Source: Solirubrobacteraceae bacterium | Lineage (GTDB): Bacteria > Actinomycetota > Thermoleophilia > Solirubrobacterales > Solirubrobacteraceae | DNA length: 64,000 nt | Assembly (NCBI GenBank): GCA_036264175.1 | Contig: DATARK010000050.1 | Span: forward strand, 2,105-66,104 | Direction: 5' to 3' | Shown: in pieces, positions 21,817 to 31,477 of the stretch | Layout: each line of letters begins with the position of its first letter | Position numbering within the stretch: position 1 is the stretch's first letter | Notes under the pieces: model-generated | The model's database searches: none | The model's input: the letters and a program-made list of their open reading frames with translations, nothing else | What the model was told of the DNA's origin: nothing | Program-made: the position numbers and the translations under genes

Positions 21817-23172
21817 TCACGCCAGCGCTGGCTCGCTTTGCGGCGCGTTCGCCTGGCCCCGCGGAGCGCTCGCGCGCCGCTCACCGAGGATCACGCGGCA
21901 GCCGTCGGAGGGGCTGAACGTGATGCCGCGCCGACGCGTGACCTCCGGCGTGCCCGGCGAACGCAGCTCATAGCGGCCCAGCACTGCGCGCAGAACGATC
22001 TTCATCTCCAGCAGCGCGAAACTCGCACCCAGGCAGCGGCGCCGGCCGCCGCCGAAGGGAATCCACGTGTACGTCCCCGGCGTCTGGCCGAGGAAACGCT
22101 CGGGGCGAAAGGCATAGGGGTCGGGGTAGATCGCGGCGTCGTGGTGGACCAGGTAGGCGCTGGCGAACAGCACGACGCCCGGCTGGTAGGCGATGCCGCC
22201 GATCTCGACCGGTTGCTTGACCAGGCGTGGCTCGGCAGCGCTCAGCACCGAACGCCGACGCAGGATCTCGTTGATCGTGGCCGACAGGTAGGCGTCATCG
22301 TCGGACTCGTGGTCGAGCTCGGCGTGCAGGTTGTGCTGGACTGCCGGCTCGCGCGCGATGCGCTCCAGCGCCCAGGCCAGCTGCGAGGCCGTCGTCTCGT
22401 GCCCAGCCACGAGTGCCGTGACGAGCTCGTCGCGAAGTTCCGCCGGGCTCATCGGCTCGCCGTCCTCGTCGCGCGCGCCGAGCAGCATCGAGAGGACGTC
22501 GTCGCCGTCGTCGGCCTGCGCGCGCCGCTCCTCGATCAGCTCGAAGATCAGCTCGTCGGCGCGGGCGCCAACGCGTTCCATGCGCCCGACCGGGCCGCGG
22601 CCAGCCAGCAGCCGCTGCGCCGGGGGAAACAGTGACAGCGGGCTCTCGCCGAAGGCCAGCAGCTCAGTTGTCAGGTCGCGCAGCTCGTCGAGCTGGCCGC
22701 CGCGCCGCAAGCCGAACACGGTACGGAGCATTACCTCGAGCGTCAGCCGCTGCAGACGCGGATGCAGCGCTGTCGGCTCGCCCAGCGGCCAGGACGAGAT
22801 CTCCTGGTCGGTCAGCTCGACCATCAGGCCGGAGAGACGCTGCATCTTCTCGCCGTGGAAGGCGGGAAGCAGCAGCTTGCGCTGGCGCAGATGCGGCGCC
22901 TCGTCGAGCAGGATGACCGAGTTGGCGCCGATCACCGGTTCGAGGATGCGCGCGCCCTCGCCCGGGTGCAGCACCTCAGGCGGCGCGGTGAAGATCTGCT
23001 TGATCTCGTCTGGGTCGCTGATGATCACGAAGGGCGACTGGCCGGTCAGACGGACCGTGAAGCGCCCGCCGTAGCGCGCGCGGCAGCGCTCCAGGTAGGC
23101 GGTGGGACGACTCCACCAGCCGATCGACTGCAGGATGCTCGGCATTCTCGGTCCAGGCGGCAGCTGACTCAC
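21817..23172 (-). CDS. Cytochrome P450
   Basis: AGHETTA, EILR (ExxR), FRPERF, PFGGGRRRCLG heme motif. Confidence 0.95.
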   Translation of the reverse strand: MSQLPPGPRMPSILQSIGWWSRPTAYLERCRARYGGRFTVRLTGQSPFVIISDPDEIKQIFTAPPEVLHPGEGARILEPVIGANSVILLDEAPHLRQRKLLLPAFHGEKMQRLSGLMVELTDQEISSWPLGEPTALHPRLQRLTLEVMLRTVFGLRRGGQLDELRDLTTELLAFGESPLSLFPPAQRLLAGRGPVGRMERVGARADELIFELIEERRAQADDGDDVLSMLLGARDEDGEPMSPAELRDELVTALVAGHETTASQLAWALERIAREPAVQHNLHAELDHESDDDAYLSATINEILRRRSVLSAAEPRLVKQPVEIGGIAYQPGVVLFASAYLVHHDAAIYPDPYAFRPERFLGQTPGTYTWIPFGGGRRRCLGASFALLEMKIVLRAVLGRYELRSPGTPEVTRRRGITFSPSDGCRVILGERRASAPRGQANAPQSEPALA

Positions 23173-24263
23173 GACGACTCCTTCCTACGCGCGCGACGAT
23201 GTGTGCTCGAGTCTACGCCTGCAGCGGGAAGCGCCAGCGCCGAGCCCTCGACGACCAGCGAGACCTCGTCGCCGACGGCCGGCAGTCGATGGCCGGCCGC
23301 GCGCGCGGTGATCTGCGGGCAGTCGGGGTCCGCCAGCGCGATGCGCGCGGTGGCGTCGTGGCCGTAGAAGCGCGTTGAGAGCACGCGCCCGCTGGGTGCG
23401 CCGGCGAGCGGCTCGCGGCAGAGGATCTGCTCGGGGCGCAGCATCAGGCTCGCGGGCGCCGCCGCCGCGCCGTTGGCGTTGCGGACCGGCAGTCTGCCAA
23501 GCGGCGTGTCGGCATGCCCGTCGACGAGCTCGCCGTGCAGCAGCACGGCGTCGCCGAGAAAGCCCGCCAGCTGAGCGTCGATCGGGTCGCGGTACAGCGT
23601 CTGCGGATCGGCGGCCTGGACGATCGCGCCGTCGCGCATCACGGCGACGACGTCGGCCAGCGACAGCGCCTCCTCCTGGTCGTGCGTGACGAGCAGTGCG
23701 GTTGCGCCGCTCTCGCTCAGGACGTCGCGGACCTCGCTGCGCACCTGGGCGCGCAGTCCCGCGTCCAGTGCGTCAAATGGCTCGTCCAGCAGCACCAGCT
23801 CGGGCGCGGGGGCGAGAGCTCGTGCCAGCGCGACGCGCTGCTGCTGGCCGCCGGAGAGCTCATGCGGCTGGCGCTTTGCCAGACCGGCGAGACCGACGAG
23901 CGCCAGCAGCTCCTCAACGCGCCCTGAGCGCCGTTGCCCGCGGGGCAGGCCGAAGGCGATGTTGGCAGCGACGTCGAGGTGCGGGAACAGGGCGCCCTCC
24001 TGGGCGACGAAGCCGATGCCGCGACGCTCGGGTGCGACGTGTGTGCGCTCGTCGCAGACGAGCCGCTCGCCGACGTGGATCGTGCCCGCGTCGGCTCGCT
24101 CGAAGCCTGCGATCAGGCGCAGCAGCGTCGTCTTGCCGCAGCCCGAAGGGCCAAGCACGGCGGTCAGGCTGCCGGCCTGGGCCTGCAGGTCGAGGCCGTC
24201 CAGAACAGGGGTATCTCCGAAGGACTTGCCCAGCGCCGAGACCGACAGCTTCGCCGCGGTCAT
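23169..24263 (-). CDS. Fe3+ ABC transporter ATP-binding subunit (FbpC-like)
   Basis: GPSGCGKT, LSGGQQQR, LLDEP; ATG at 24263 overlaps the permease stop. Confidence 0.92.
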   Translation of the reverse strand: MTAAKLSVSALGKSFGDTPVLDGLDLQAQAGSLTAVLGPSGCGKTTLLRLIAGFERADAGTIHVGERLVCDERTHVAPERRGIGFVAQEGALFPHLDVAANIAFGLPRGQRRSGRVEELLALVGLAGLAKRQPHELSGGQQQRVALARALAPAPELVLLDEPFDALDAGLRAQVRSEVRDVLSESGATALLVTHDQEEALSLADVVAVMRDGAIVQAADPQTLYRDPIDAQLAGFLGDAVLLHGELVDGHADTPLGRLPVRNANGAAAAPASLMLRPEQILCREPLAGAPSGRVLSTRFYGHDATARIALADPDCPQITARAAGHRLPAVGDEVSLVVEGSALALPAAGVDSSTHRRARRKESS

Positions 24264-25861
24264 GCGCTGCGCCGGGGTGCGACCACGGCGCCGAGTCGGC
24301 GCGTGAGCATGTAGGTGGGCAGCGCGGAGATCGCGACCATCAGTCCAGCGTAGGGCGCGGCCGCGCCGAAGGCGCGCGTGGAGGCGTCGGCCCAGAACTG
24401 CGTGGCGAGCGTCTGCGTGCCGATCGGCGCCAGCAGCAGTGTTGCCGTCAGCTCGGTGACCGTGGCGAGAAAGACGAGCGCCGCGGCCGCGCCGAGGCCT
24501 GGCAGGATCTGCGGCAGCGTCACGCGCACGAGCGCGCGCAGCGGGCTGCAGCCGAGCGAGCGCGCGATCTCCTCGTGAACCGGCGGTGCCTGCGCCAGCG
24601 CGGCGCGTGTGGCGACCAGCGCGAGCGGAAGCGAGAGGATCGAGTAGGCGATCAGCAGCAGCAGCGTATTGCCGTACAGCGCCGGAAACTGGTGGACCGA
24701 GACGACGATCAGCGACAACGCGACGACGATGCCGGGAAGCGCATAGGGCAGGTAGGCGGCGCGCTCGAGCGCGGTGGCGATGCGGCTGGTGTGGCGGATC
24801 GTGAGGATCGAGACCGGCAGCGCGAGCAGCGTCGTCAACAGCGCCGCTCCCAGCCCGAGCTCCAGCGATCTGCCGGCGGCCGACAGCAGCGTGACTACGG
24901 GGAACGTCGTGGAGCCGCCGTGCAGCACCCAGTAGACGAGCGTGACCAGAGGCAGGCCGAGCGCCAGTCCGACCAGCGCCGCCAGAGCCGCCAGCACCGG
25001 CCATCTCGCTCGTCCCAGGCGCGCCCGGGCGGCGGGCCGCGGCGCGCCGGTGTCCACGCGCGCGTAGCGCGCGCGACCGCGCAGGGCGATCTCGCCGAGC
25101 AGCAGCGCCAGGCACAGCAGCACGAGGACCGTGGCGAGCATCGAGGCCGCCGGCCCGTCGAAGCTCAGCCGGTACTCGTCGTAGATGGCCGTGGTGAACG
25201 TCTGAAAGCGCAGCATCGCAAACGCGCCGAACTCCGACAGCAGGTGCACGGCGACGAGCAGCGCGCCGCCGAGCAGCGCCAGGCGCGTCTGCGGCAGCGT
25301 CACTCGTAGGAAGGTGCGCCACGGCCCCATGCCGAGCGAACGCGCGCTCTCCTCAAGGGCCGGATCGAGTCCTCGCAGGACGGCCGCGACGGGCAGATAC
25401 ACCAGCGGGTAGTAGGCGAGCGTGACGATCATTGCTGCGCCGCCGAAGTGCTGCACGGAGGGCGTGATCGAAACCCAGCTGTAGCTCGTGACGAAGGCGG
25501 GAACGGTTATCGGCAGTGCGGCGAGCACCGCCCATGCGCGTCGGCCGGGCAGGTCGGTGCGCTCGACGGCCCAGGCGACGCCGACGCCGAGCACGACGCA
25601 GGCGGTCGTGGCGACGGCGACCAGCGCAACCGTGTTCGTCAGCAGTTTTCCGACGAAAGGGCGGAACAGCAGCGCTTCGACCTGGCTCCAGCCGATCGAC
25701 AGCGCCTGGTCGAGCAGAAAGCCGAGCGGCAGCAGCACCAGCAGAGCGACCGCGACCGCGAGGGCCAGCAGCACCGGTGGCGTGCGTCTGGCCAGCAGCC
25801 GGGCGCGCATCCGCGCGCCCGGCCACGACCCTCCGGCTCGGCCGAGGCCGGCGGCCTCCAT
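24260..25861 (-). CDS. Fe3+ ABC transporter permease (FbpB-like, duplicated EAA loop)
   Basis: LEESARSLG and HEEIARSLG, ~12 TM. Confidence 0.92.
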   Translation of the reverse strand: MEAAGLGRAGGSWPGARMRARLLARRTPPVLLALAVAVALLVLLPLGFLLDQALSIGWSQVEALLFRPFVGKLLTNTVALVAVATTACVVLGVGVAWAVERTDLPGRRAWAVLAALPITVPAFVTSYSWVSITPSVQHFGGAAMIVTLAYYPLVYLPVAAVLRGLDPALEESARSLGMGPWRTFLRVTLPQTRLALLGGALLVAVHLLSEFGAFAMLRFQTFTTAIYDEYRLSFDGPAASMLATVLVLLCLALLLGEIALRGRARYARVDTGAPRPAARARLGRARWPVLAALAALVGLALGLPLVTLVYWVLHGGSTTFPVVTLLSAAGRSLELGLGAALLTTLLALPVSILTIRHTSRIATALERAAYLPYALPGIVVALSLIVVSVHQFPALYGNTLLLLIAYSILSLPLALVATRAALAQAPPVHEEIARSLGCSPLRALVRVTLPQILPGLGAAAALVFLATVTELTATLLLAPIGTQTLATQFWADASTRAFGAAAPYAGLMVAISALPTYMLTRRLGAVVAPRRSA

Positions 25862-25864
25862 GCC

Positions 25865-26911
25865 TTAGAGCAGCCCCGCCTGCTGCATCAGTTCCACCGG
25901 CGCGCTGCCGTCGCCGAGGTCGGCCGGCCCGACCTCAGGCGGCTGCAGGCTCGCGAACGGCACCAGCCCGGGCGGCGGCGCCACGCCGGCCGCCAGGGGG
26001 TACTCCCAGTCGCCGCTGTGTGTGATCGCGCTCTGGCCTTCCCTGCTGACAAGGAACGCCAGGAACCTTTGCGCAAGCGCCGGGTTGCCGCTCGACTTCA
26101 GCGCGCCGGCGCCGGAGATGTTGACGAGGGCGCCCGGGTCCTTGTGGCCGAAGTAGTACAGCTTCGTGTGGACCTTCGAGGCGCCAACCTCGGCGCGCTG
26201 CTCGAACCAGTAGTAGTGGTTGATGATGCCGGCGGCGACCTGGCCGGATTCGACCGCTGCGACGATGCCCTCGTTGTCGTCATAGCGCTTGGCGTTGGTG
26301 GCGAAGCCTTCCAGCCAGCGCGTCGTCGCCGCGCGTCCGTCGAGCTTGTCGACCGCGCTGACGATCGGCACGAAGTCGGGCTCTGAGGGCGCGATCGCCA
26401 GCTTGCCCTTCCATTCGGGCTTGGCCAGGTCGAGGATCGACGGCGGCAGCTGGCTGGCAGAGATCAGCTTTGGGTTGTAGATCAGCACCGTCTCACGCGC
26501 CACCACGCCGATCCAGTGACCACTGGCGGAGTCATAGCGCGCCGGCACCTGTGCGAGCGTCGACTGCTCGACGGGCACGAGCAGACCCTTTTTGCTCAGC
26601 AGTTCCAGCGGCGGCGTGTTCTCGCTCAGCAGCGCGTCGGCCGGCGAAGCCGATCCCTCCTGCACGATCTGGTTGGCCAGGCCCTCGTCCTCGCCGAAGC
26701 GAATGCGCACCGTGGCGCCTGTCTTGCGTTCGAAGGCCTTGGCCAGCGCGTTGGTCATCTGCTCGTGCTGAGCGCTGTACAGCGTCAGTGTGCCGGCGCT
26801 CGAGCCGGTCGATGACACGGAGCCGCAACCGACTGCCAGCGTGGCTATGGCCGCCGTCAGGGCGATGGCCAGAGGCGTCGGCGCTGCAGTGCGACGGCGG
26901 GGGGTACGCAA
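25865..26911 (-). CDS. Fe3+ ABC transporter substrate-binding lipoprotein (FbpA/FutA-like)
   Basis: Lipobox LAVGC; YSAQHE, EGSASPAD, INHYYW (tandem Tyr iron ligands). Confidence 0.92.
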   Translation of the reverse strand: MRTPRRRTAAPTPLAIALTAAIATLAVGCGSVSSTGSSAGTLTLYSAQHEQMTNALAKAFERKTGATVRIRFGEDEGLANQIVQEGSASPADALLSENTPPLELLSKKGLLVPVEQSTLAQVPARYDSASGHWIGVVARETVLIYNPKLISASQLPPSILDLAKPEWKGKLAIAPSEPDFVPIVSAVDKLDGRAATTRWLEGFATNAKRYDDNEGIVAAVESGQVAAGIINHYYWFEQRAEVGASKVHTKLYYFGHKDPGALVNISGAGALKSSGNPALAQRFLAFLVSREGQSAITHSGDWEYPLAAGVAPPPGLVPFASLQPPEVGPADLGDGSAPVELMQQAGLL

Positions 26912-26940
26912 TGGATCTCCAGATCTCGCGGGGCGTGGGC

Positions 26941-26978
26941 GATGCTTAGGCTACCCTAATTAGGAGCGCCTAACCAGG
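26941..26978. promoter_or_regulatory. Two tandem IdeR/DtxR-type 19-bp operators
   Basis: GATGCTTAGGCTACCCTAA (26941-26959) and TTAGGAGCGCCTAACCAGG (26960-26978) resemble TTAGGTTAGSCTAACCTAA; 30 bp upstream of an iron ABC operon. Confidence 0.8.
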
Positions 26979-26984
26979 TCGCCG

Positions 26985-27848
26985 TCAGGGCGACTGGGGC
27001 AGCTTGGCCGAGCCCGCTCGCGCCGCGGGAGCGGACGGCGGGGGCACGACCGGGCCGATGTCGCCGTCGGGCGCCTCGTCGAGGTCGACGATCACGGGCG
27101 CGTGGTCGCTTGGCCCGCTGCCCTTGCGCGCCTTGCGGTCCACCCATGCGGCCCGCACGCGCTCGGCGACGGACGCCGAGCCCAGCACCAGATCGATGCG
27201 CATGCCGAGGTCACGGTGGAACATGCCGGCGCGGTAGTCCCAGTAGCTGAACACGCGCTCGCTCGGCCAGCGGTCACGCACGATGTCGCGCAGGCCGCGT
27301 GCCTGCAGCTCGGCCAGCGCGGCGCGCTCGGGCGCGGTGACGTGGGTGTGCCCGACGTAGGCGGTCGGGTCGAACACGTCGGCGTCGGTGGGCGCGATGT
27401 TCATGTCGCCGCACACCAGCGCGGCCTCGGGGCCGGCGCCGACGAGCTCGCCGAGCGCCGCCAGCCACGCGAGCTTGTACTCGTAGTGCTCGGAGCCCGG
27501 CGTGCGCCCGTTGGGCACGTAGACGCTGTGCACGCGAACGCCGCCGCAGGTTGCTGAGACGGCGCGCGCCTCGGCATGCGGAAAGCCCGGAGCGTCGGGG
27601 ATTCCGGCGACCACGTCCTGCAGGCCGGCGCGGGAGAGGATCGCTACGCCGTTCCACTGCACCTCGCCGTGGCGGGCGATCTCGTAACGGCGGCGTCGCA
27701 GCTCCTCGCCGAGCAGCTCGTCGAACGCCTCGTCGGCGAGCTTGGTCTCCTGCAGGCACACAACGTCGGGCTGGCGTTCGTCCAGCCAAGCGAGCAGGCG
27801 GGGCAGGCGCTGCTTGGCCGAGTTGACGTTCCAGGTGGCGACGCGCAC
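26985..27848 (-). CDS. xth: Exodeoxyribonuclease III
   Basis: MRVATWNVNS, LQETK, NGVAILSR, VYVPNG, GDMN, RID, SDHAP. Confidence 0.93.
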   Translation of the reverse strand: MRVATWNVNSAKQRLPRLLAWLDERQPDVVCLQETKLADEAFDELLGEELRRRRYEIARHGEVQWNGVAILSRAGLQDVVAGIPDAPGFPHAEARAVSATCGGVRVHSVYVPNGRTPGSEHYEYKLAWLAALGELVGAGPEAALVCGDMNIAPTDADVFDPTAYVGHTHVTAPERAALAELQARGLRDIVRDRWPSERVFSYWDYRAGMFHRDLGMRIDLVLGSASVAERVRAAWVDRKARKGSGPSDHAPVIVDLDEAPDGDIGPVVPPPSAPAARAGSAKLPQSP

Positions 27849-28132
27849 GCTGGGTAACGGTAGCGGCGCGGGGCGCCTACGATCGACCCGGCAGCTGCTG
27901 TGGCAGGCCCGGCTCAGGCTCGATCGCAAAGGCGGTGGGTCATGTACCCCATCAGTGCGTAGATCCCGCACAGCACGACGAGCTCGACGACGCCCGCATC
28001 GCCGCGAGCGAGGCAGTGCTCGCGCGTCTGGCCGGCAGGATGAGCGAGTGGGGAGCGAGAAAATGGGCGAATGATCGGGCCGAAAGACGGGTATGACCCT
28101 CTTCAAGGAGTCCTCAAGGAGGTACGGCAAGG

Positions 28133-28408
28133 ATGGCCACGTTGACGGTTGTTCTATTGGGCGGTGCGCTCCTCGCGACGGTGATCGCGATGGAGGCTGG
28201 AGTGCTGCGTTTCCCGACACTGCGCTTGCGCCGCGCGGCGCGGCCTGATCCGATCGTCGAACCGGATCAGTGTGTCGCCACGACCGCGGGCGGCGACCGC
28301 TGTGTTCGTGGCACGGCAGATCGGCGCTCGCACTACTGCTGGCAGCACCAACGGATGGCTCGGCAGATCGGAGAACGCAGCGCGCAGTTGGCCTCTGTCG
28401 GACAATGA
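28133..28408 (+). CDS. Small membrane-anchored protein with C-terminal Cys3-His zinc-finger-like motif (DUF5763-like)
   Basis: N-terminal TM; CVATTAGGDRC...YCWQHQ; SD AAGGAGG. Confidence 0.6.
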   Translation: MATLTVVLLGGALLATVIAMEAGVLRFPTLRLRRAARPDPIVEPDQCVATTAGGDRCVRGTADRRSHYCWQHQRMARQIGERSAQLASVGQ

Positions 28409-28482
28409 CCCGGCTGCGACCAGGTCCCGAATGGCGTCCCCGCTTGGTTTTGCCCGATAGCGCCGCCGGGTACTAGGCGAAG

Positions 28483-29748
28483 GTGCATTTCGTGCGAATC
28501 GCTGCAGCGGCAGCGCTCCTTGGCGTAGTCACGATCGGTGTGAGCGCGATGCCGGCCCAGGCTTTGGACCCGACTGCGTTTCTCGTGACGCAGCCCTACG
28601 AAGGGGTCACCGCGATTGATCTGTCGACCAATGCGGTCACGAAGACGCCCCTGTTTGGCGAAAAGATCGGAGAATTTGCGTTCAGCCCGGATGGCCGCAC
28701 CGCGTACGTTGCCTACGGCGGAGGCATCAGGGCGATCAACGCCGAAAGCAAACAGCTCGAAGGCGAATCGATCGGTTCCGAGGGCTGGGTCAAGCACATC
28801 GTCGTCACACCCGACGGGACGAAAGCGTTCGTCGCCGAGGATCAGTCGGAACGGATCTCCGTGGTCGAACTCACAGGCCGCCACGAAGCCAAGGCGATCA
28901 ACCTGAACGAACAGGGTCTGGAAACGCTCGCGATCACTCCAGATGGGCGAACGGTGTTCGCCATGAACAGCAAGCTGCACGGCGTGATCCCGGTCGACGT
29001 CGCCACCGACGCGGCTGGCTCGCCGATCGTCACCGGCACGGGCGAAGAAAAACTCACCGGATTGGCGATGTCCCCCGACGGGCGCACGCTCTACGTGGGC
29101 CAGAGGGGCTCGATTGCGGTCATCGATGTCGCCAGCCGCTCGGTGCGCGCGACGATCCGCGTCCCCTGGACGATCGAAGCGTTCGCGCTTTCGCCCGACG
29201 GAAGCGTCGCGTACGTCGCAGGGAGCAGTTTCCAGACACAGGAGATCGAAGGCGTCGTCCCGGTCGACCTCGCGAACGGAACGCTCGGTGCATGGACGCC
29301 CGCAGGCAAAGATCCGAACTCGATCGCCGTAACGCCCGACGGGCGTATGGCGTACGTGACCAACTACAACAGCGCCAGTGTCACGCCGATCAACCTGATC
29401 ACGCATGCAGCCGGGCCAGAAATCCCCGTCGGCAACTATCCGAGCGCCATCGCGATCGATGCCACTCCCGCGACAGTGGCGCCGTCGCCCGTCGTAGGGC
29501 AGTCATCCCCGGGACCGACCCCAGTCAAGCCGATCATCCACGTGCTGCACTGCGTGGTTCCGCACCTCGGCCGGACCGCGCTCCCGACCATTCGCAAGCG
29601 TCTGCGTCGCAACCACTGCCGGCTCGGTCGGGTTCGCTACCGCCACAGCCGCCGTCGCAGAGGCCACGACATCTCGCAGACTGCCCGACCCGGTAGGCGG
29701 CTGCCCGGCGGCGCGAAGATCGGTGTCGTTCTCTCGCGCGGGCTCTGA
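28483..29748 (+). CDS. Secreted YncE/YVTN beta-propeller protein with C-terminal PASTA-like domain
   Basis: Signal peptide; repeated (S/T)PDG.T.YV blades; CVVP.L...ISQ...G..L..G..I PASTA-like tail. Confidence 0.82.
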   Translation: MHFVRIAAAAALLGVVTIGVSAMPAQALDPTAFLVTQPYEGVTAIDLSTNAVTKTPLFGEKIGEFAFSPDGRTAYVAYGGGIRAINAESKQLEGESIGSEGWVKHIVVTPDGTKAFVAEDQSERISVVELTGRHEAKAINLNEQGLETLAITPDGRTVFAMNSKLHGVIPVDVATDAAGSPIVTGTGEEKLTGLAMSPDGRTLYVGQRGSIAVIDVASRSVRATIRVPWTIEAFALSPDGSVAYVAGSSFQTQEIEGVVPVDLANGTLGAWTPAGKDPNSIAVTPDGRMAYVTNYNSASVTPINLITHAAGPEIPVGNYPSAIAIDATPATVAPSPVVGQSSPGPTPVKPIIHVLHCVVPHLGRTALPTIRKRLRRNHCRLGRVRYRHSRRRRGHDISQTARPGRRLPGGAKIGVVLSRGL

Positions 29749-29821
29749 TGGAGCTAGTCGGGCTCGAACCGACGACCTCCCGGCTGCCAGCCGGACGCTC
29801 TCCCAACTGAGCTATAGCCCC
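29749..29821 (-). tRNA. tRNA-Ala (anticodon GGC), CCA not encoded
   Basis: Reverse complement GGGGCTATAGCTCAGTTGGGAGAGCG-TCCGG-CTGGCAG-CCGGG-AGGTCGTCGGTTCGAGCCCGACTAGCTCCA; cloverleaf with G3:U70. Confidence 0.97.
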
Positions 29822-29839
29822 TTGATCTGGTTCTGAAGC

Positions 29840-30304
29840 TTAGCCGCCTCGCGATATGGGCTGCGCTCGCAAATGCTGAATCACCGACGCCAGCTCGTAG
29901 TCACGCGCCCACCTCACGCCCTCGGCCTGATTGTTTCGGGTTGGCTCTAGGCGAAGCGAGATCATTCCCCGACACCCCGAGATGCTGGTCATCGGAATCA
30001 GGAAGCTCGCTTGAAGTTCCGGAGCGTAGGCGGCGATGGCGTCGATCTCCGCTGATGAGTAGGGCTTGCGGACATAGCCGTTGGGCGTGAAACGGGAGGT
30101 GACGGTGCGGACGCCAAGGACACCCCCGATGCGTTGCGCGAGCTTGCACTGCACGCGTAGGAGCGCCGGCTCTAGATCGACGATGAGGTCATAGCGCCGG
30201 CCCTCGCACAGTGGCCGCAGCACGGTGAAGCCCTGTTGGATAACAGCTGCGGTAATCGCCGCCTCGGCAGCGGCCCCCTTCTGACTGGGCGTGAGCTCGA
30301 CCAT
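29840..30304 (-). CDS. Group I intron-associated-type PD-(D/E)XK endonuclease (PDDEXK_5-like)
   Basis: KG..AE, RYDLIVD, RVQCK, Y...EID.IA.Y pattern; leaderless TACGCT-N6-ATG. Confidence 0.82.
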   Translation of the reverse strand: MVELTPSQKGAAAEAAITAAVIQQGFTVLRPLCEGRRYDLIVDLEPALLRVQCKLAQRIGGVLGVRTVTSRFTPNGYVRKPYSSAEIDAIAAYAPELQASFLIPMTSISGCRGMISLRLEPTRNNQAEGVRWARDYELASVIQHLRAQPISRGG

Positions 30305-30402
30305 CCTCCGAGCGTACGCCTCGCTTGGGACGCAACCGTAGCGCCTTGTCTGCGGCGGCGGGGAAGAGGGCGGGCGCGCTGAATGCACTGCCGGCCCGGC
30401 GA

Positions 30403-31362
30403 CTACTCCGGCGGGATGAACTCCGGCACGTCGAGATCGTCGCCGGAGTCGTCCTCACCGCGAGCGGGCCGCACGCCCGCCGGACCGCCGCCGCCAGGCC
30501 CGGCCTGATCCAGGCGCGCGGTCATGCCGCCGTGCGCCAGGCGCACGTCGCGCAGCAGGCGCTCGGCGTTGTTGCGCAGCGACACGGACAGCTCGCGCAG
30601 GTTGCGCGACAGCTCGGTTCCCTCGCGCAGCACCTCGCGCGCGACGACGTGTGACTCGCCGACGATCTCGCGCGCATCCTCGCGCGCCTTCGTGCGCACG
30701 CGCTGAGCCTGCTCGGCGGCGTCGGCGCGCAGCTTGTCCAGATCCTCGCCGCCGGATGCGACGGCGCGCTCGGCCTGGGCACGGCCCTCGCTCAACACCC
30801 GCTCGGCCGTGGCCTCGGCGTCGGCGACGATGCGCTGCGCCTCGGCCTGCGCGTCGGCGAGCGCCCGATCGGCCTGCACGCGCGCCTCGGCGAGCGCCTG
30901 CTCGGCCTGCTGGGAGAGCTCGCCGCGCAGCTGCTCGCTCTGCTCGTGGGCGCCGGAGCGCTCGGCGGCGGCTTCGTCGCGAGCGCTCGCGCGCACCTGC
31001 TCGGCCTGCTGCAGTGCGCTCGCGCGCAGCTGCTCGGCCTCGGCTTGGGCGTCGGCACGCACGCGCTCGGCCTCGGCATGGATGGCGCCGACCGCGGCGA
31101 CGGCGTCGTTGCGCGCGGCCTCGGCCTGCGCGCGCGCCTCGCGCAACAGCTCCTCGGCCTCCTCCTCGGCGGCGCGTGCGCGGTTGGCGGCGGCGCGGTC
31201 GGCCTCGGCGATGCGTTCGCGTGCACGGTCCTCGGCCTGCTCGCGCAACTGCTCGGCGGTGCGTTCGGCCGCCTGGACGATGGCGGCGACGCGTCCGGGC
31301 GCCGACTCGAGCGCCTCGCGGTCGAGCTCGTTCTGCTCGTCTGAGGATCGCGGTCCGGGCAT
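30403..31362 (-). CDS. Ala/Glu/Arg-rich coiled-coil protein (DivIVA/Scy-like repeats)
   Basis: I..AAERTAE.., hendecad-like EA..RA.A repeats; C-terminal DLDVPEFIP. Confidence 0.7.
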   Translation of the reverse strand: MPGPRSSDEQNELDREALESAPGRVAAIVQAAERTAEQLREQAEDRARERIAEADRAAANRARAAEEEAEELLREARAQAEAARNDAVAAVGAIHAEAERVRADAQAEAEQLRASALQQAEQVRASARDEAAAERSGAHEQSEQLRGELSQQAEQALAEARVQADRALADAQAEAQRIVADAEATAERVLSEGRAQAERAVASGGEDLDKLRADAAEQAQRVRTKAREDAREIVGESHVVAREVLREGTELSRNLRELSVSLRNNAERLLRDVRLAHGGMTARLDQAGPGGGGPAGVRPARGEDDSGDDLDVPEFIPPE

Positions 31363-31477
31363 GTGAGCAATCGTAAACCCGCAGGCGCGCGGGAGAGCAT
31401 TGCGCTTTGCGAGCGATGGCAGAGAATGTTGGATATTCGTCCTTGCGGACGACTCGTGCGTGCGCCACGATGACGCT

